Of a stretch of DNA of 64,000 nt, positions 31,084-41,338 are shown in pieces; the stretch's first letter is position 1; each line of letters begins with the position of its first letter. The position numbers were made by a program, and so were the translations under genes. The notes beneath the pieces were generated by a model. The model was not told the origin of the DNA. It searched no databases and worked only from the letters and a program-made list of their open reading frames with translations. The stretch is from Desulfobacterales bacterium (GTDB lineage: Bacteria > Desulfobacterota > Desulfobacteria > Desulfobacterales > UBA2245): NCBI GenBank assembly GCA_040771865.1, contig JAXGZF010000003.1:124001-188000 (forward strand), read 5' to 3'.

Positions 31084-32267
31084 ATAAGCGTTTGCGGATT
31101 ATTCTTCCGGTGCTGCTCGCCGCTGCGGCCGTTGGCGTCTATTTCTGGGTCGTGAAAAATCACCGGAACGCGGGACGGCTGATGGTCTCCGGCAACATCG
31201 AGGCGACCCAGGTGCAGCTTGGATTCAAGATTTCAGGAAGATTGATCGAACGGCTGGCGGACGAGGGGGACAGGGTCGTTGCGGGTCAGAAGATCGCGGT
31301 CCTCGATGCGACGGATCAGCGGATCGCCTTGGCCCGCGCCGAAGCCGAGCTGGCATACCGGAAATCGATTGCGGCCGAGCTGGAGGCCGGAAGCCGGCCG
31401 GAGGAGATTCAACAGGCCGCGGCCCGGTTTCAGCAGGCCCGTTTCGCTCTCGATGAGCTGGTTCGCGGAAGCAGGGTTCAGGTGATCGCCGATGCCCGTT
31501 CCGAACTGGACCGGGCGCTTGCCGCCGAAAAGGCCGCCGCTTCCGAGCTTGAACTGGCCAGAGCCGACAACACCCGGTATGCCGTTCTGGTGAAGGAAGA
31601 AGTGGTCAGCCAGAGGGACTACGATGTCGTCAAAACGAGGCTGGACGCGGCATACAATGCCTGGCTGGAAGCTCAGGCCAGAGCGCAGAGCGCCAGGGAA
31701 CGGCTCAGTCTTGCTCAGGAGGGACCCCGGACCGAACAGATTCAACAGGCCCGTGCGGCCCTGAGGCAGGCCGAGGCCGAATATGCGCTGGTTCAGGCCG
31801 GCCCCCGGTCCGAAACCATCGCTCAGGCCTTGGCCCAGGTCGTGGTTGCCGAACAGACCCTGAGCCATGCCCGGCAGCAGCTTGCCGAAACCGAGCTTTT
31901 TTCTCCCATCGACGGCGTGGTGCTTTCCAAGTCGGCCGAGCCCGGCGAGTTTCTCAGCCCGGGCGCACCGGTGGTCATGGTCGGGGACCTGATCAACACC
32001 TGGGTGCGGGCCTTTGTCAATGAGAAGGATCTGGGCCGAATCCGGCTCAACCAGCCGGCCCAGATCACTACGGACGCCTATCCGAAGGAGGTTTTCAAGG
32101 GAAAGATCCGCTTTATCGACAGCCAGGCGGCATTTACCCCCAAATCGGTTCAGACCTTCGAGGAGCGAGTCAAGCTGATGTACCGGATCAAGATAGAGGT
32201 CATGAACCCGGACCTGAAGCTTAAACCCGGAATGCCCGCTGATGCCCTGATCCTTCCGGAGCCCTGA
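31080..32267 (+). CDS. HlyD-family membrane fusion protein (YbhG-like)
   Basis: N-terminal TM, SGNIEAT, lipoyl-like halves, long coiled coil, FTPKSVQT and LKPGMPAD. Confidence 0.92.
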   Translation: MNKRLRIILPVLLAAAAVGVYFWVVKNHRNAGRLMVSGNIEATQVQLGFKISGRLIERLADEGDRVVAGQKIAVLDATDQRIALARAEAELAYRKSIAAELEAGSRPEEIQQAAARFQQARFALDELVRGSRVQVIADARSELDRALAAEKAAASELELARADNTRYAVLVKEEVVSQRDYDVVKTRLDAAYNAWLEAQARAQSARERLSLAQEGPRTEQIQQARAALRQAEAEYALVQAGPRSETIAQALAQVVVAEQTLSHARQQLAETELFSPIDGVVLSKSAEPGEFLSPGAPVVMVGDLINTWVRAFVNEKDLGRIRLNQPAQITTDAYPKEVFKGKIRFIDSQAAFTPKSVQTFEERVKLMYRIKIEVMNPDLKLKPGMPADALILPEP

Positions 32268-32271
32268 GATC

Positions 32272-34203
32272 ATGACATCTCCCGGAATTTTCGCCGACGC
32301 GCTGACCCGGTGCTTCAAGGACCTGGTCGCCGTGGACCGTCTCTCTCTGAGCGTTCATCCCGGAGAGATCTTCGGGCTGGTCGGCCCGGACGGGGCCGGA
32401 AAAACCACGACCCTGCGCATGCTGGCGGGAATTCTTTCGCCCACGGAAGGCGTGGCTCGGGTCGCCGGGTTTGACACGGAAAAAGAGCATTCGGCGGTCA
32501 AGGACAACCTGGCCTACATGAGCCAGCGTTTCGGGCTTTACGGGGATCTGACCGTTTACGAGAACATCCGGTTTTACGCTGACCTTTACGGCATGCCCCG
32601 CAGGGATCTGGACCGGCGCGTCGATGAGCTTCTGGATTTCAGCGGCATGACGCCGTTTCGAAAGCGCCGGGCATCGGCCCTTTCCGGCGGAATGAAGCAG
32701 AAGCTTCAGCTGGCCTGCGCGCTGGTGCACACGCCGGGGGTACTTCTGCTCGACGAGCCGACCAACGGCGTGGACCCGGTCAGCCGCCGGGATTTCTGGA
32801 AGATTCTCTACCGCCTGCTTCGGCAGCAGGTGACCATTCTCGTGACCACGGCCTATCTGGACGAGGCCGAGCGGTGCAGCCGGGTGGGCCTTCTGGACCA
32901 CGGCCGAATGCTGGCTTCGGGACCGCCGGGCGAAATCCGGCGCATGATGAAGGAAACGATACTGGCGGTTCAGAGCTTTGAGTCCCGGGCGATTCGAAAC
33001 CTGCTTCGAAAACACCCGGAAACGAGCCGGGTCGTGCTTTTCGGGGACCGGGTTCATGTGGTCTGCGAGGATTTTGATAAAACTGCTCAACAGGTGAGGC
33101 GGATTCTGGACGACGAAAAGATCGCGTATGAGGATATTCGCGAACGCGATCCATCCCTGGAAGACGTTTTTGTCAGCGCGCTTTCGAAAGATCAGGATTC
33201 GAAGGCGCATCAGGGCGGATCGGTTAACGAAGGCAGCCATTCCGGCCCGCAGATGAAGAGCGGAACTGCTGTTTCCGTGAAAAACCTGACCCGGCGGTTC
33301 GGCGATTTTGTCGCCGTCGACCGGGTGAGCTTTGAGGTTTCCAGCGGGGAGATTTTCGGTTTTCTGGGCCCTAACGGAGCGGGCAAATCCACCACCATTC
33401 GAATGCTCTGCGGCCTCCTTTCGCCCACTGAAGGCGAGGGAACCGTTGCCGGATTTGACGTGAGAACCCAGCCCGAAGAGATCAAGCGCAACATCGGCTA
33501 TATGAGCCAGAAGTTTTCCCTGTACGAGGATCTGACCGTGGCCGAGAACATCGACTTTTACGGCGGCATATACGGGCTTTCCGGAAAGCGCCTGGAAGAC
33601 CGGAAAAACTGGGCCGTAACAATGGCCGGGCTTTCGGAAAGGCAGGACGCCCTGACCTCGGTGCTCAGCGGGGGCTGGAAGCAGAGACTGGCGCTCGCCT
33701 GCGCCATCCTGCACGAGCCGCCCATACTCTTTCTCGACGAGCCCACCAGCGGCGTGGACCCCTTGAGCCGCCGCCGTTTCTGGGACCTGATCTACGAGAT
33801 GGCCGACCGGGGAGTGACCGTTTTCGTCACCACCCATTACATGGAGGAGGCCGAATACTGCCACCGGCTCGCCCTGATCTACCGAGGGAAGATGATCGCC
33901 CTGGGAACGCCCCGGCAGCTGAAATCCGGCATCGGCGACCGGATCATCGCCGTGTCCTGTCCGGATCCTCAGGCAGCCATGGAGGCTCTGGAAGGTCTTG
34001 AAGAAATTCAGGAGATCGCGCTTTTCGGCGCGGGTCTGCATGTCACCGCGCCGGATGCGGACCCGGCCCGCATAGCGATTGAAAAAAGGCTTTCCGAGCG
34101 GGGCGTTGCGGCGTCCTCCATCGAACCGGTTGCGCCGGACATGGAGGATGTCTTTGTTTCCATGATCGAAGCCGCGGATCGAAACCGGGCGCAGTCGACA
34201 TAA
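32272..34203 (+). CDS. ABC exporter ATP-binding protein with two ATPase domains (YbhF-like)
   Basis: GPDGAGKT and GPNGAGKS Walker A motifs, two LSGG and two LDEPT.GVDP. Confidence 0.93.
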   Translation: MTSPGIFADALTRCFKDLVAVDRLSLSVHPGEIFGLVGPDGAGKTTTLRMLAGILSPTEGVARVAGFDTEKEHSAVKDNLAYMSQRFGLYGDLTVYENIRFYADLYGMPRRDLDRRVDELLDFSGMTPFRKRRASALSGGMKQKLQLACALVHTPGVLLLDEPTNGVDPVSRRDFWKILYRLLRQQVTILVTTAYLDEAERCSRVGLLDHGRMLASGPPGEIRRMMKETILAVQSFESRAIRNLLRKHPETSRVVLFGDRVHVVCEDFDKTAQQVRRILDDEKIAYEDIRERDPSLEDVFVSALSKDQDSKAHQGGSVNEGSHSGPQMKSGTAVSVKNLTRRFGDFVAVDRVSFEVSSGEIFGFLGPNGAGKSTTIRMLCGLLSPTEGEGTVAGFDVRTQPEEIKRNIGYMSQKFSLYEDLTVAENIDFYGGIYGLSGKRLEDRKNWAVTMAGLSERQDALTSVLSGGWKQRLALACAILHEPPILFLDEPTSGVDPLSRRRFWDLIYEMADRGVTVFVTTHYMEEAEYCHRLALIYRGKMIALGTPRQLKSGIGDRIIAVSCPDPQAAMEALEGLEEIQEIALFGAGLHVTAPDADPARIAIEKRLSERGVAASSIEPVAPDMEDVFVSMIEAADRNRAQST

Positions 34204-34207
34204 GGAA

Positions 34208-35350
34208 ATGTCCATGTTCAACCGCCAGCGGCTTTTCGCTGTGGTGCATAAGGAATTCATTCATGTTTTCCGGGACTGGCGAAGCCTTTTTCTGGCCATC
34301 GCCATTCCCATGACCCTGATTATGCTTTTCGGCTATGCCCTGAACATGGACCTGAACCAGGTTCCCACCGGCGTCTGGGACCGGTCCATGACTCCGGAGA
34401 GCCGGGAATTTCTCAGCCTGCTCGACGGGTCCGCCTATTTTTCCCTGACCGGGTTTTCCCAGGGATACCGGAAACTTCAGACCGACCTTGAGACGGGAAA
34501 GAACCTCCTTGCCGTCGTGATTCCGGGTGATTTTGCCGAAAAGATCCGATCCGGCAAGAGCGTTTCCATTCAGGTGATCGCCGACGGCAGCGACGCCAAC
34601 ACGGCGCGCCTGGCCCTGTCCTATGTCTCCGCTCTTGGAATGATCTACAACCGGAACCTTGCGGTCCGGCGAATGCATGCGGACGGAAAGGGTGATCCGG
34701 TTGTTCCGGCGGCGATGGAAAACCGGGTCTGGTATAATGCCGATCTGAGAAGCCCCAGCAGCATCATTCCCGGCATTGTCGCCGTGGTGATGGTGGTGAT
34801 CGCCGCCATGCTCACCAGCGTGACCGTAGCCCGGGAGTGGGAGACCGGCACCATGGAACAGCTGATCAGCACCCCGGTCCGGGGGTCGGAACTGGTTTTC
34901 GGAAAGGCGGCCCCCTATTTCGTGATCGGCATGGCGGACGTGGCCATTGCCGTTTACATGGGACAGTGGCTGTTCGATGTCCCTTTGCGGGGAAGCACGG
35001 CCCTGGTCTTTGCCATGGCGGCCGTGTTTCTGACCGGAGCGCTTTTTTTCGGCCTGACCCTGAGCATCGTGCTCAAGAACCAGGTGCTGGCCAATCAGGC
35101 CGCGCTTCTGGGAAGCTATCTTCCCACGCTGATGCTCAGCGGATTTGTATTTGCCATCGAAAACATGCCCGTGCCGATCCAGTGTCTGACCTATATCGTG
35201 CCGGCCCGGTATTTTATCGCCCTGCTGCGGGGAATTTACCTGAAGGGAATCGGCCTGGAAATTCTCTGGGTCAACGCCCTGCTCCTGGCGCTTTACGGCG
35301 CCGTCATGGTGCTGGCGGCAAACCGCCGGATGAAGCTCAAACTGGAGTAG
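34208..35350 (+). CDS. ABC-2 type permease (YbhS-like)
   Basis: KEFIHVFRD, WYN and AREWETGTMEQL motifs, multi-TM. Confidence 0.92.
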   Translation: MSMFNRQRLFAVVHKEFIHVFRDWRSLFLAIAIPMTLIMLFGYALNMDLNQVPTGVWDRSMTPESREFLSLLDGSAYFSLTGFSQGYRKLQTDLETGKNLLAVVIPGDFAEKIRSGKSVSIQVIADGSDANTARLALSYVSALGMIYNRNLAVRRMHADGKGDPVVPAAMENRVWYNADLRSPSSIIPGIVAVVMVVIAAMLTSVTVAREWETGTMEQLISTPVRGSELVFGKAAPYFVIGMADVAIAVYMGQWLFDVPLRGSTALVFAMAAVFLTGALFFGLTLSIVLKNQVLANQAALLGSYLPTLMLSGFVFAIENMPVPIQCLTYIVPARYFIALLRGIYLKGIGLEILWVNALLLALYGAVMVLAANRRMKLKLE

Positions 35351-35353
35351 AAG

Positions 35354-36460
35354 ATGATCAACCGCCTGCGATGCATGCTGATCAAGGAATTTCTTCAGAT
35401 GCTCAGGGACCCGCGCATGCGGGCGATCATTTTTGTCGCCCCGGTGGTCCAGATGATGGTCATCGCCTTTGCGCTGACCACGGATGTCACGCATATCCGC
35501 ACCGGCCTGGTGGATCTGGACGGCACGCCGGCATCGCGCGAAATGGTCGCCGCCTTTACCGGAAGCGGTCATTTCAACCTTCTGGAACAGGCCTTTTCAT
35601 CTTCGGAGATTCAACGGATGCTCGATCAGGGAAGGGTTCGGGCCGTGATCCATCTTCCGGCCGGATTTGAATCGGATCTGCGCGCCGGAAGAACCGCCTC
35701 CCTTCAGCTGATTGTCGACGGCACGGACAGCAATACCGCCGCCATCGTCTCCGGATATGCAACCGCCGTTGTCGAGACGTTCAACCAGGCGGAACTTTCC
35801 GGCAGGGCGGCGGTTTCCGGCGTTCAGATCGAAACACGGGCCTGGTTCAACCCGAACCTCGAGAGCCGGTATTATTTTGTGCCCGGCCTGATCGCCGTCA
35901 TGCTGATGGTGGTCAGCCTGATTCTGACCAGCATCGCCATTGTCCGGGAAAAGGAGATCGGCACCATGGAACAGGTTATGGTAACCCCGATCCGGCGGCT
36001 GGAGTTCATTCTCGGAAAGACCATTCCCTACCTGATCACCGGGTACATCACCATGACCCTGATGTTCGCCGCGGCCATGCTGATCTTCGGCGTCCGCATT
36101 GAGGGAAGTTCACTGCTTCTTTACGTTCTGGCCGGTATTTACCTGACCGGCAATCTGGGCATCGCCCTGAGCGTGAGCGCCGGCGCCGCCACCCAGCAGC
36201 AGGCGCTTTTGACGGCTTTTTTCATCGTGCTTCCCGGCGTGCTGCTCAGCGGGTTCATGTTTCCCATCCGCAACATGCCCCAGCCGGTTCAGATCATCAC
36301 CGTGCTCAACCCCATGCGCTGGTTTCTGGAGATTCTACACGGAATTGCCTTGAAAGGTGCCGGAATACAAACACTCTGGCCGGCCATTGCGGCCTTGACA
36401 GTCCTTGCCCTGTTTTTTATCGTGCTGGCCGCGCTTCGGTTTCGAAAAACGCTTGATTGA
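35354..36460 (+). CDS. ABC-2 type permease (YbhR-like)
   Basis: KEFLQMLRD, WFNPNL, VREKEIGTMEQ and LSGFMFPI.NMP motifs. Confidence 0.92.
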   Translation: MINRLRCMLIKEFLQMLRDPRMRAIIFVAPVVQMMVIAFALTTDVTHIRTGLVDLDGTPASREMVAAFTGSGHFNLLEQAFSSSEIQRMLDQGRVRAVIHLPAGFESDLRAGRTASLQLIVDGTDSNTAAIVSGYATAVVETFNQAELSGRAAVSGVQIETRAWFNPNLESRYYFVPGLIAVMLMVVSLILTSIAIVREKEIGTMEQVMVTPIRRLEFILGKTIPYLITGYITMTLMFAAAMLIFGVRIEGSSLLLYVLAGIYLTGNLGIALSVSAGAATQQQALLTAFFIVLPGVLLSGFMFPIRNMPQPVQIITVLNPMRWFLEILHGIALKGAGIQTLWPAIAALTVLALFFIVLAALRFRKTLD

Positions 36461-36632
36461 ACCGATATGCCCGATTTGACATCAGATATTTCCCTTGATT
36501 TTCAGGATGTTAAATTTTTTGTATCGGCATGAGGATTTTGTTGATTTGACGAACGCCTGCGATTATATAAACATCCGGGTTCGAAACCAGAACCCGTTCA
36601 GTGAATTTTTTTTCTTCGAAAAGGATTTTCCC

Positions 36633-37664
36633 ATGAATCCCCCGGGCGCAAAGAGGCAAAGATGCATATGGTTGATTGTTATTTTTCTGTTTTCACTGGC
36701 CGGCGCCGGCCATGCGAGGACCCGTGATTTTCGCCTCAGCCCGCAGGATTGTTCGCAGATCGAGGATGACGAAGCCCGTCTGCAGTGCTATGACCATATC
36801 TTCGGTCGCGGTTCCGATCTGCCCGAACTCGAGCCGGCCGAAGAAGAGGGGCCGCCCCCGCTTGAGGATGACTCCTATCTGGCCAAAGTCTGGGAACTGG
36901 ATGAAACCGGACCCCGGGGTAAATTTGCGATCCGAATGCACCGGTCCAATTACGTTCTGCCGGTTTCCTACAATTCGGCACTCAGCGGCAGCCGCTTTAA
37001 AGAGGGCGATTCCGCGATGGATGTCAATGAAACCGAGGTGAAGTACCAGATCAGCATCAAGTCCAAACTCTGGCAGGATGTTCTGGGAAAGGACATGGAT
37101 CTGTGGTTCGGGTATACCCAGCGGTCATTCTGGCAGTTTTACAACTTCGACGACTCCGCTCCTTTTCGCGAGACCAATTACGAGCCGGAGATCCTGCTGA
37201 ATTTCCGTACGAATTTTGACGTGCTGGGCCTCAAGGGCCGCATGGTGAATGTGGGGCTCAATCATCAATCCAACGGCCGTTCCGAACCGACCTCCAGAAG
37301 CTGGAACCGGATTGTGGGGAACGTGGGATTTGAGAAGGGCGATTTTGTTCTGCTGCTCAGCGCCTGGTACCGCATACCGGAAAGCGAAGAGGATGACGAT
37401 AATCCGGATATCGATGATTACCTGGGACCCGGCGAGATTCAGGGCTACTATTTCTGGAACCGGCAGCGCTTCGGCGTGATGCTTCGCAACAGCCTGGATT
37501 TCGACGACAACCACGGCGCCGTGCAGCTCGAATGGAGCTTTCCGCTTTTTGAAAAAATCGGCGGATATATTCAGTACTTCAACGGCTACGGGGAAAGCCT
37601 GCTGGATTACGATTCGAGCTCAAACCGGATCGGAATCGGCTTTATTCTGACCGACTGGAATTAG
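36633..37664 (+). CDS. pldA: Outer-membrane phospholipase A1 (OMPLA)
   Basis: Signal peptide, YTQRSFWQ, PFRETNYEPE, catalytic HQSNG, SRSWNR and GYGESLLDY. Confidence 0.93.
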   Translation: MNPPGAKRQRCIWLIVIFLFSLAGAGHARTRDFRLSPQDCSQIEDDEARLQCYDHIFGRGSDLPELEPAEEEGPPPLEDDSYLAKVWELDETGPRGKFAIRMHRSNYVLPVSYNSALSGSRFKEGDSAMDVNETEVKYQISIKSKLWQDVLGKDMDLWFGYTQRSFWQFYNFDDSAPFRETNYEPEILLNFRTNFDVLGLKGRMVNVGLNHQSNGRSEPTSRSWNRIVGNVGFEKGDFVLLLSAWYRIPESEEDDDNPDIDDYLGPGEIQGYYFWNRQRFGVMLRNSLDFDDNHGAVQLEWSFPLFEKIGGYIQYFNGYGESLLDYDSSSNRIGIGFILTDWN

Positions 37665-37718
37665 CGCCCGGCCTTTAAACAGCGGGCAACGCTGGATGAC
37701 AACCTCAGGCGCAGATTT

Positions 37719-38126
37719 TTAAAGCTCTTTTTCCGTTGCAAGGCAGAGCCTTTCCGCTCCAGCCGCCTTGGCAAGATCCATGACCTTGACCGCATGGTTC
37801 AGGATCACGGCCCTGTCCGCCTTAATGACCACCAGTTTGTCCTTTTGCCCTCCGATGAGTTTTTTCAGCTCGGCAAACAGAATGTTCAAGGGGGTTTCCT
37901 GGTTCATCAGGTATGCCCTGCCTTCTCTGTCGACGTAAATCGTAATCTCCTGCTGGGTTTGAGGGGCGGCAGCCTTTGCCTGCGGCAGTTTGATCTTGAT
38001 CCCCTCGTCGACCATGAAATTGGTGGTCAGCAGAAAATAGATCAGCAGCATGAACACGATATCAATCAGCGAGGTCAGGGGCGCCTGAATCTGGTAAGGC
38101 TGTTTCTTTCGAGACAGTAATGCCAT
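37719..38126 (-). CDS. exbD: Biopolymer transport protein ExbD
   Basis: TSLIDIVFMLLIYF TM with the conserved Asp, LPQA and VIKAD. Confidence 0.93.
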   Translation of the reverse strand: MALLSRKKQPYQIQAPLTSLIDIVFMLLIYFLLTTNFMVDEGIKIKLPQAKAAAPQTQQEITIYVDREGRAYLMNQETPLNILFAELKKLIGGQKDKLVVIKADRAVILNHAVKVMDLAKAAGAERLCLATEKEL

Positions 38127-38205
38127 GTGTTATTCCTTTAAAGGAATGCAGGGTTGAAATTTCAGACCGCAAGACGATCATAAAATCCATCGAAGCCGCG
38201 GCGGT

Positions 38206-38841
38206 TCAGTGGATCCGGCCGTTATTCGAAGCCATCGAACCCCTGCCGAATGCCTTGATAAAAACAACCGCTCCGGCCTGCAACCGGGCCTCGTATTTAT
38301 CGATTCTGGAAATCAGGTAACTGTGAGCCACCATGGTGGGAAGGGCTACGGCAAGTCCCAGAGCCGTCGTGAGCATGGCCTCCCATATGCCGCCTGCCAG
38401 AACCGCCGCATTCACCTTTCCGCCCATCTGCTGAATGACCATGAATGCCTTGATCATGCCCAGAACAGTTCCCAGAAGGCCCAGAAGGGGGGCGATATTT
38501 CCCATCGTTGCAAGGGCCTGAACATAAGATGAAAGGCTTCGGACCTCTTCGTCCGTTGAATGGGCGATAACGGTTTCCAGAGTCTCCCGGTCCTGGTCCT
38601 TGACCTCGATTGCCTGCGCCAGCACCCTTCCCATGGGCGAGTTGCTTTGAATCAGCATTTCGTACGCTTCCTGATCCTGTCCCGACTCCATCATGGCAAC
38701 GGTTTTTTCAGCCAGTCCCGCGCCGCGGCTTCGAAGCCGGGTGAAACGGATCAGCCTTTCCACAAAAATGGCGAGAGAAAGAACGGAACATAATAAAATC
38801 GGGATGACTAGGACCCCGCCTTTTGATAAAAATTCGAGCAT
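38206..38841 (-). CDS. exbB: MotA/TolQ/ExbB proton channel protein
   Basis: APLLGLLGTVLGMI.AF and GIWEAMLTTALGLAVALP motifs. Confidence 0.93.
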   Translation of the reverse strand: MLEFLSKGGVLVIPILLCSVLSLAIFVERLIRFTRLRSRGAGLAEKTVAMMESGQDQEAYEMLIQSNSPMGRVLAQAIEVKDQDRETLETVIAHSTDEEVRSLSSYVQALATMGNIAPLLGLLGTVLGMIKAFMVIQQMGGKVNAAVLAGGIWEAMLTTALGLAVALPTMVAHSYLISRIDKYEARLQAGAVVFIKAFGRGSMASNNGRIH

Positions 38842-38897
38842 GTATTACCTCCGATAGTGTGTTTCAGTTTTTTTGTTCCGCCAGTATAAAATTCCGA

Positions 38898-39602
38898 TCA
38901 TGTCAGCTCGAACACGACGGCCAGAACCAGCCGGATGGGCTGATTCTGCGTGAAAATGGTCGTGGGCGGCGCCGGAAAAGGCGATGCTTTTTGAATGGCC
39001 TCAACCGCCGCATCATCGAGGATTTTGTGGCGGGAACTTATTCTGATTTCGATCGATGATACCGTTCCGTCGGGATCGATGGCAAATTCCACCGTGATGC
39101 GCCCCTCTATGTGGCGACTCTGGGCGGAAACCGGATATTTCTTGAATTGTTCGATTTTCAGCCGGACCATCTCGAAATAATCTTCCGCGGTTCCGAAGTC
39201 GCCGCTGGCAAGCGGCTCGGCCTGCCACCGTCCGATTTGAAGACCCGGAAGATTCGAGACCGGATTGTCGGCGGATATGGATTCAACGAGGCTGTCGGGC
39301 ACCGTTTTGTCCGCAGGATCGAGGCGGATCGGTTGAATGGCCGGAGGAGCGATGCGGTTCATTTTGATTTCTTCAACCACTTTCGGACGGATATGTGGAT
39401 TCGGGCGATGCCTCGGCCTTGGAATGTTGCGGACCTCGGGCGCCGATATGTTTCGAATGGCAATCTCGATGCAGCTGACGGCGTTTGAATGATACAGGCC
39501 CGCAATATGCAGAAAAATCACGAGGTGGAGGCAGACCGAGGGGATGATCAGGCCTCTGAGCAGCCAGTTGGGCTTGGTTTTATGATGGGATTCGATCTGC
39601 AT
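38898..39602 (-). CDS. tonB: Energy transducer TonB
   Basis: TM with SxxxH (SVCLH), Pro-rich linker, and YP..AQ...IEG.I.V.F.I.PDG C-terminal domain. Confidence 0.9.
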   Translation of the reverse strand: MQIESHHKTKPNWLLRGLIIPSVCLHLVIFLHIAGLYHSNAVSCIEIAIRNISAPEVRNIPRPRHRPNPHIRPKVVEEIKMNRIAPPAIQPIRLDPADKTVPDSLVESISADNPVSNLPGLQIGRWQAEPLASGDFGTAEDYFEMVRLKIEQFKKYPVSAQSRHIEGRITVEFAIDPDGTVSSIEIRISSRHKILDDAAVEAIQKASPFPAPPTTIFTQNQPIRLVLAVVFELT

Positions 39603-39670
39603 ACGCCGATTTGTCAGAATCTTTTTTCCTCTTCCGCCGCTGAATGCGAACCGGATTTTGCAGCCGAAGA

Positions 39671-41338
39671 TTACCGCTCCACATCGGGCGTACCGTCGAA
39701 ATCGAGATCTTTCGATTGCCTGACCAGCGTTTCGGATTCATCATATTCTTCCCAGAGATCCGGTCGGCCGTCCTTGTTCGTATCTTCTTCCAGTTTGCAG
39801 AGCCGGTTGTTCTCGTAATAAAACCAGATATCCGTTTTCCCGTCTTTATCGGAGTCTTTTTCGGCTTTATAGGCCTGCCCGCTGTTGTCATAATGCCAGG
39901 TCAGGTTCATGCGGCCGGTAAAGCCCTCGTCTTCCCTGCTTTGAATCAGACGTTCCCGGTCGTCGTAGCTCTCTTCCAGATCCATGATTCCGTCGCCGTT
40001 GGAGTCGATCTGTTTCACCACCAGGCGCTGATCGCGGTAAAAAAGCCGATGCTCGGGTTTTCCGTTGAGATTCGAGTCCAGCTCGATGATGGTCGACCAT
40101 TCCGGCTTCTGAAGCCACTGGGTGATCTCGAACCGGCCGTCATAATCCCTGTCTTCAAGGATTTTAAATGGTTTTCCATTTTCGTGGAAAACCTTGAGAT
40201 CGGTTTTCCCGTCATGGTTTTGATCCTTTTCCGTACGGATCATGGCTTCGTTTTCGTCATAAAACTGTTTTGCGTCGAACGCGCCGTCCAGATTCGTATC
40301 GGATTCCATGAGCCGGCGTTTTCCGCTGGTAAAATGTATCCTGACATCCGGGGTTCCGTTCCGGTTCGTATCCCGGGTCTGAAGATGGATCTCGGAATTC
40401 CGGTAAAGGGAGACGGACTCCCGGAATCCGTCCCCGTCTTCGTCCCATTCCACGCGAAGCGGTTTTCCGGATTCAAACGTCCGGATCCGGTCGATATTCC
40501 CGTCGTTACGGGTGTCTTCCCGTATCTCCTGAGGAAGACCGCCCCTGTCGAACCGGACAAAACAGTCCATCTTTCCGTCCAGATTCGTATCCTTTTCCAT
40601 GGCGGCGGACTTTCCGCTCGTAAATCGGGTGACGATGTCAAAGCGCCCGCTTCCGGTCGAATCCTTTTTCTGCTCGGTTATGACGCCCTTGCTGTAGATC
40701 CGGATCGTTTCCATGCGGCCGTCCTTGTCCAGATCGTGACGGCTTTCGGCGGGAAGTCCGCCGGCATCGTAGTGAATGATTTTTTCCGGCTTTCCGTTCC
40801 CGTCGTCATCGACCTCGCACTGCTCCGGCTTTCCGTTCCGGTAGGTCTGGCGAACATTGGGAATCCCGTTTCCATCCGAGTCGCGGGTGTAAAGCACGGT
40901 TTTCCCGTTTTCCAGGTGATAGACGGAATCCAGGCGTCCGTCGCCGGTGGAATCTTTTTCAATGCGCCGGGGCTGCTCGTTTGAATCAAACAGGATGATC
41001 CGGTCAATTTTTCCCGACTCCGCATAATGCTCGTGGCGGGAACGTTTCTGGTCTTTGAATTCGTCGCGGCTTTGGATCTGTCCGTTTGCACGGGTCTTTT
41101 CAATGCGGGTCAGAACGCCGCGTTCGTAATGCTGAAACTGGTCCATGATCCGGTCATGATCGCTGTCCAGCTCCAGTCGAATCAGGTTTCCCGAGGCGTC
41201 GACATGGGCGATCTGATCGATATGCCCGTCATGATTCAGGTCTTTTTCGATGCGCCGCTCCGCACTCACAGCTGCGGGAAGCATCGGAACAATAAGCAGG
41301 GCAAAGGCAATGCCCCAGAATGACAGACCGGACTTCAT
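39671..41338 (-). CDS. Exported repeat protein with ~22 tandem ~23-aa units carrying Dx[DN]x[DN]G loops
   Basis: ATG 41338 overlaps the DUF364 stop (ATGA). Signal peptide MKSGLSFWGIAFALLIVPMLPAAVSA. Repeats include DLNHDGHID, DTNLDGKMD, DQNHDGKTD, DSDKDGKTD and DLDFDGTPD. Confidence 0.85.
   Translation of the reverse strand: MKSGLSFWGIAFALLIVPMLPAAVSAERRIEKDLNHDGHIDQIAHVDASGNLIRLELDSDHDRIMDQFQHYERGVLTRIEKTRANGQIQSRDEFKDQKRSRHEHYAESGKIDRIILFDSNEQPRRIEKDSTGDGRLDSVYHLENGKTVLYTRDSDGNGIPNVRQTYRNGKPEQCEVDDDGNGKPEKIIHYDAGGLPAESRHDLDKDGRMETIRIYSKGVITEQKKDSTGSGRFDIVTRFTSGKSAAMEKDTNLDGKMDCFVRFDRGGLPQEIREDTRNDGNIDRIRTFESGKPLRVEWDEDGDGFRESVSLYRNSEIHLQTRDTNRNGTPDVRIHFTSGKRRLMESDTNLDGAFDAKQFYDENEAMIRTEKDQNHDGKTDLKVFHENGKPFKILEDRDYDGRFEITQWLQKPEWSTIIELDSNLNGKPEHRLFYRDQRLVVKQIDSNGDGIMDLEESYDDRERLIQSREDEGFTGRMNLTWHYDNSGQAYKAEKDSDKDGKTDIWFYYENNRLCKLEEDTNKDGRPDLWEEYDESETLVRQSKDLDFDGTPDVER

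Noticed and set aside
32221..35572. Long antisense ORFs (679 aa and 509 aa)
   Set aside because: They are shadow frames of GC-rich ABC genes with no recognisable motifs. The same applies to 39644-40984, 45785-47068 and 31233-32318.
39671..41338. Possible CRISPR or DNA tandem repeat, or an RHS/YD toxin
   Set aside because: The periodicity is at the protein level only, with no identical DNA repeats or spacers. There is no RHS core terminus (DPxG) or toxin tip.
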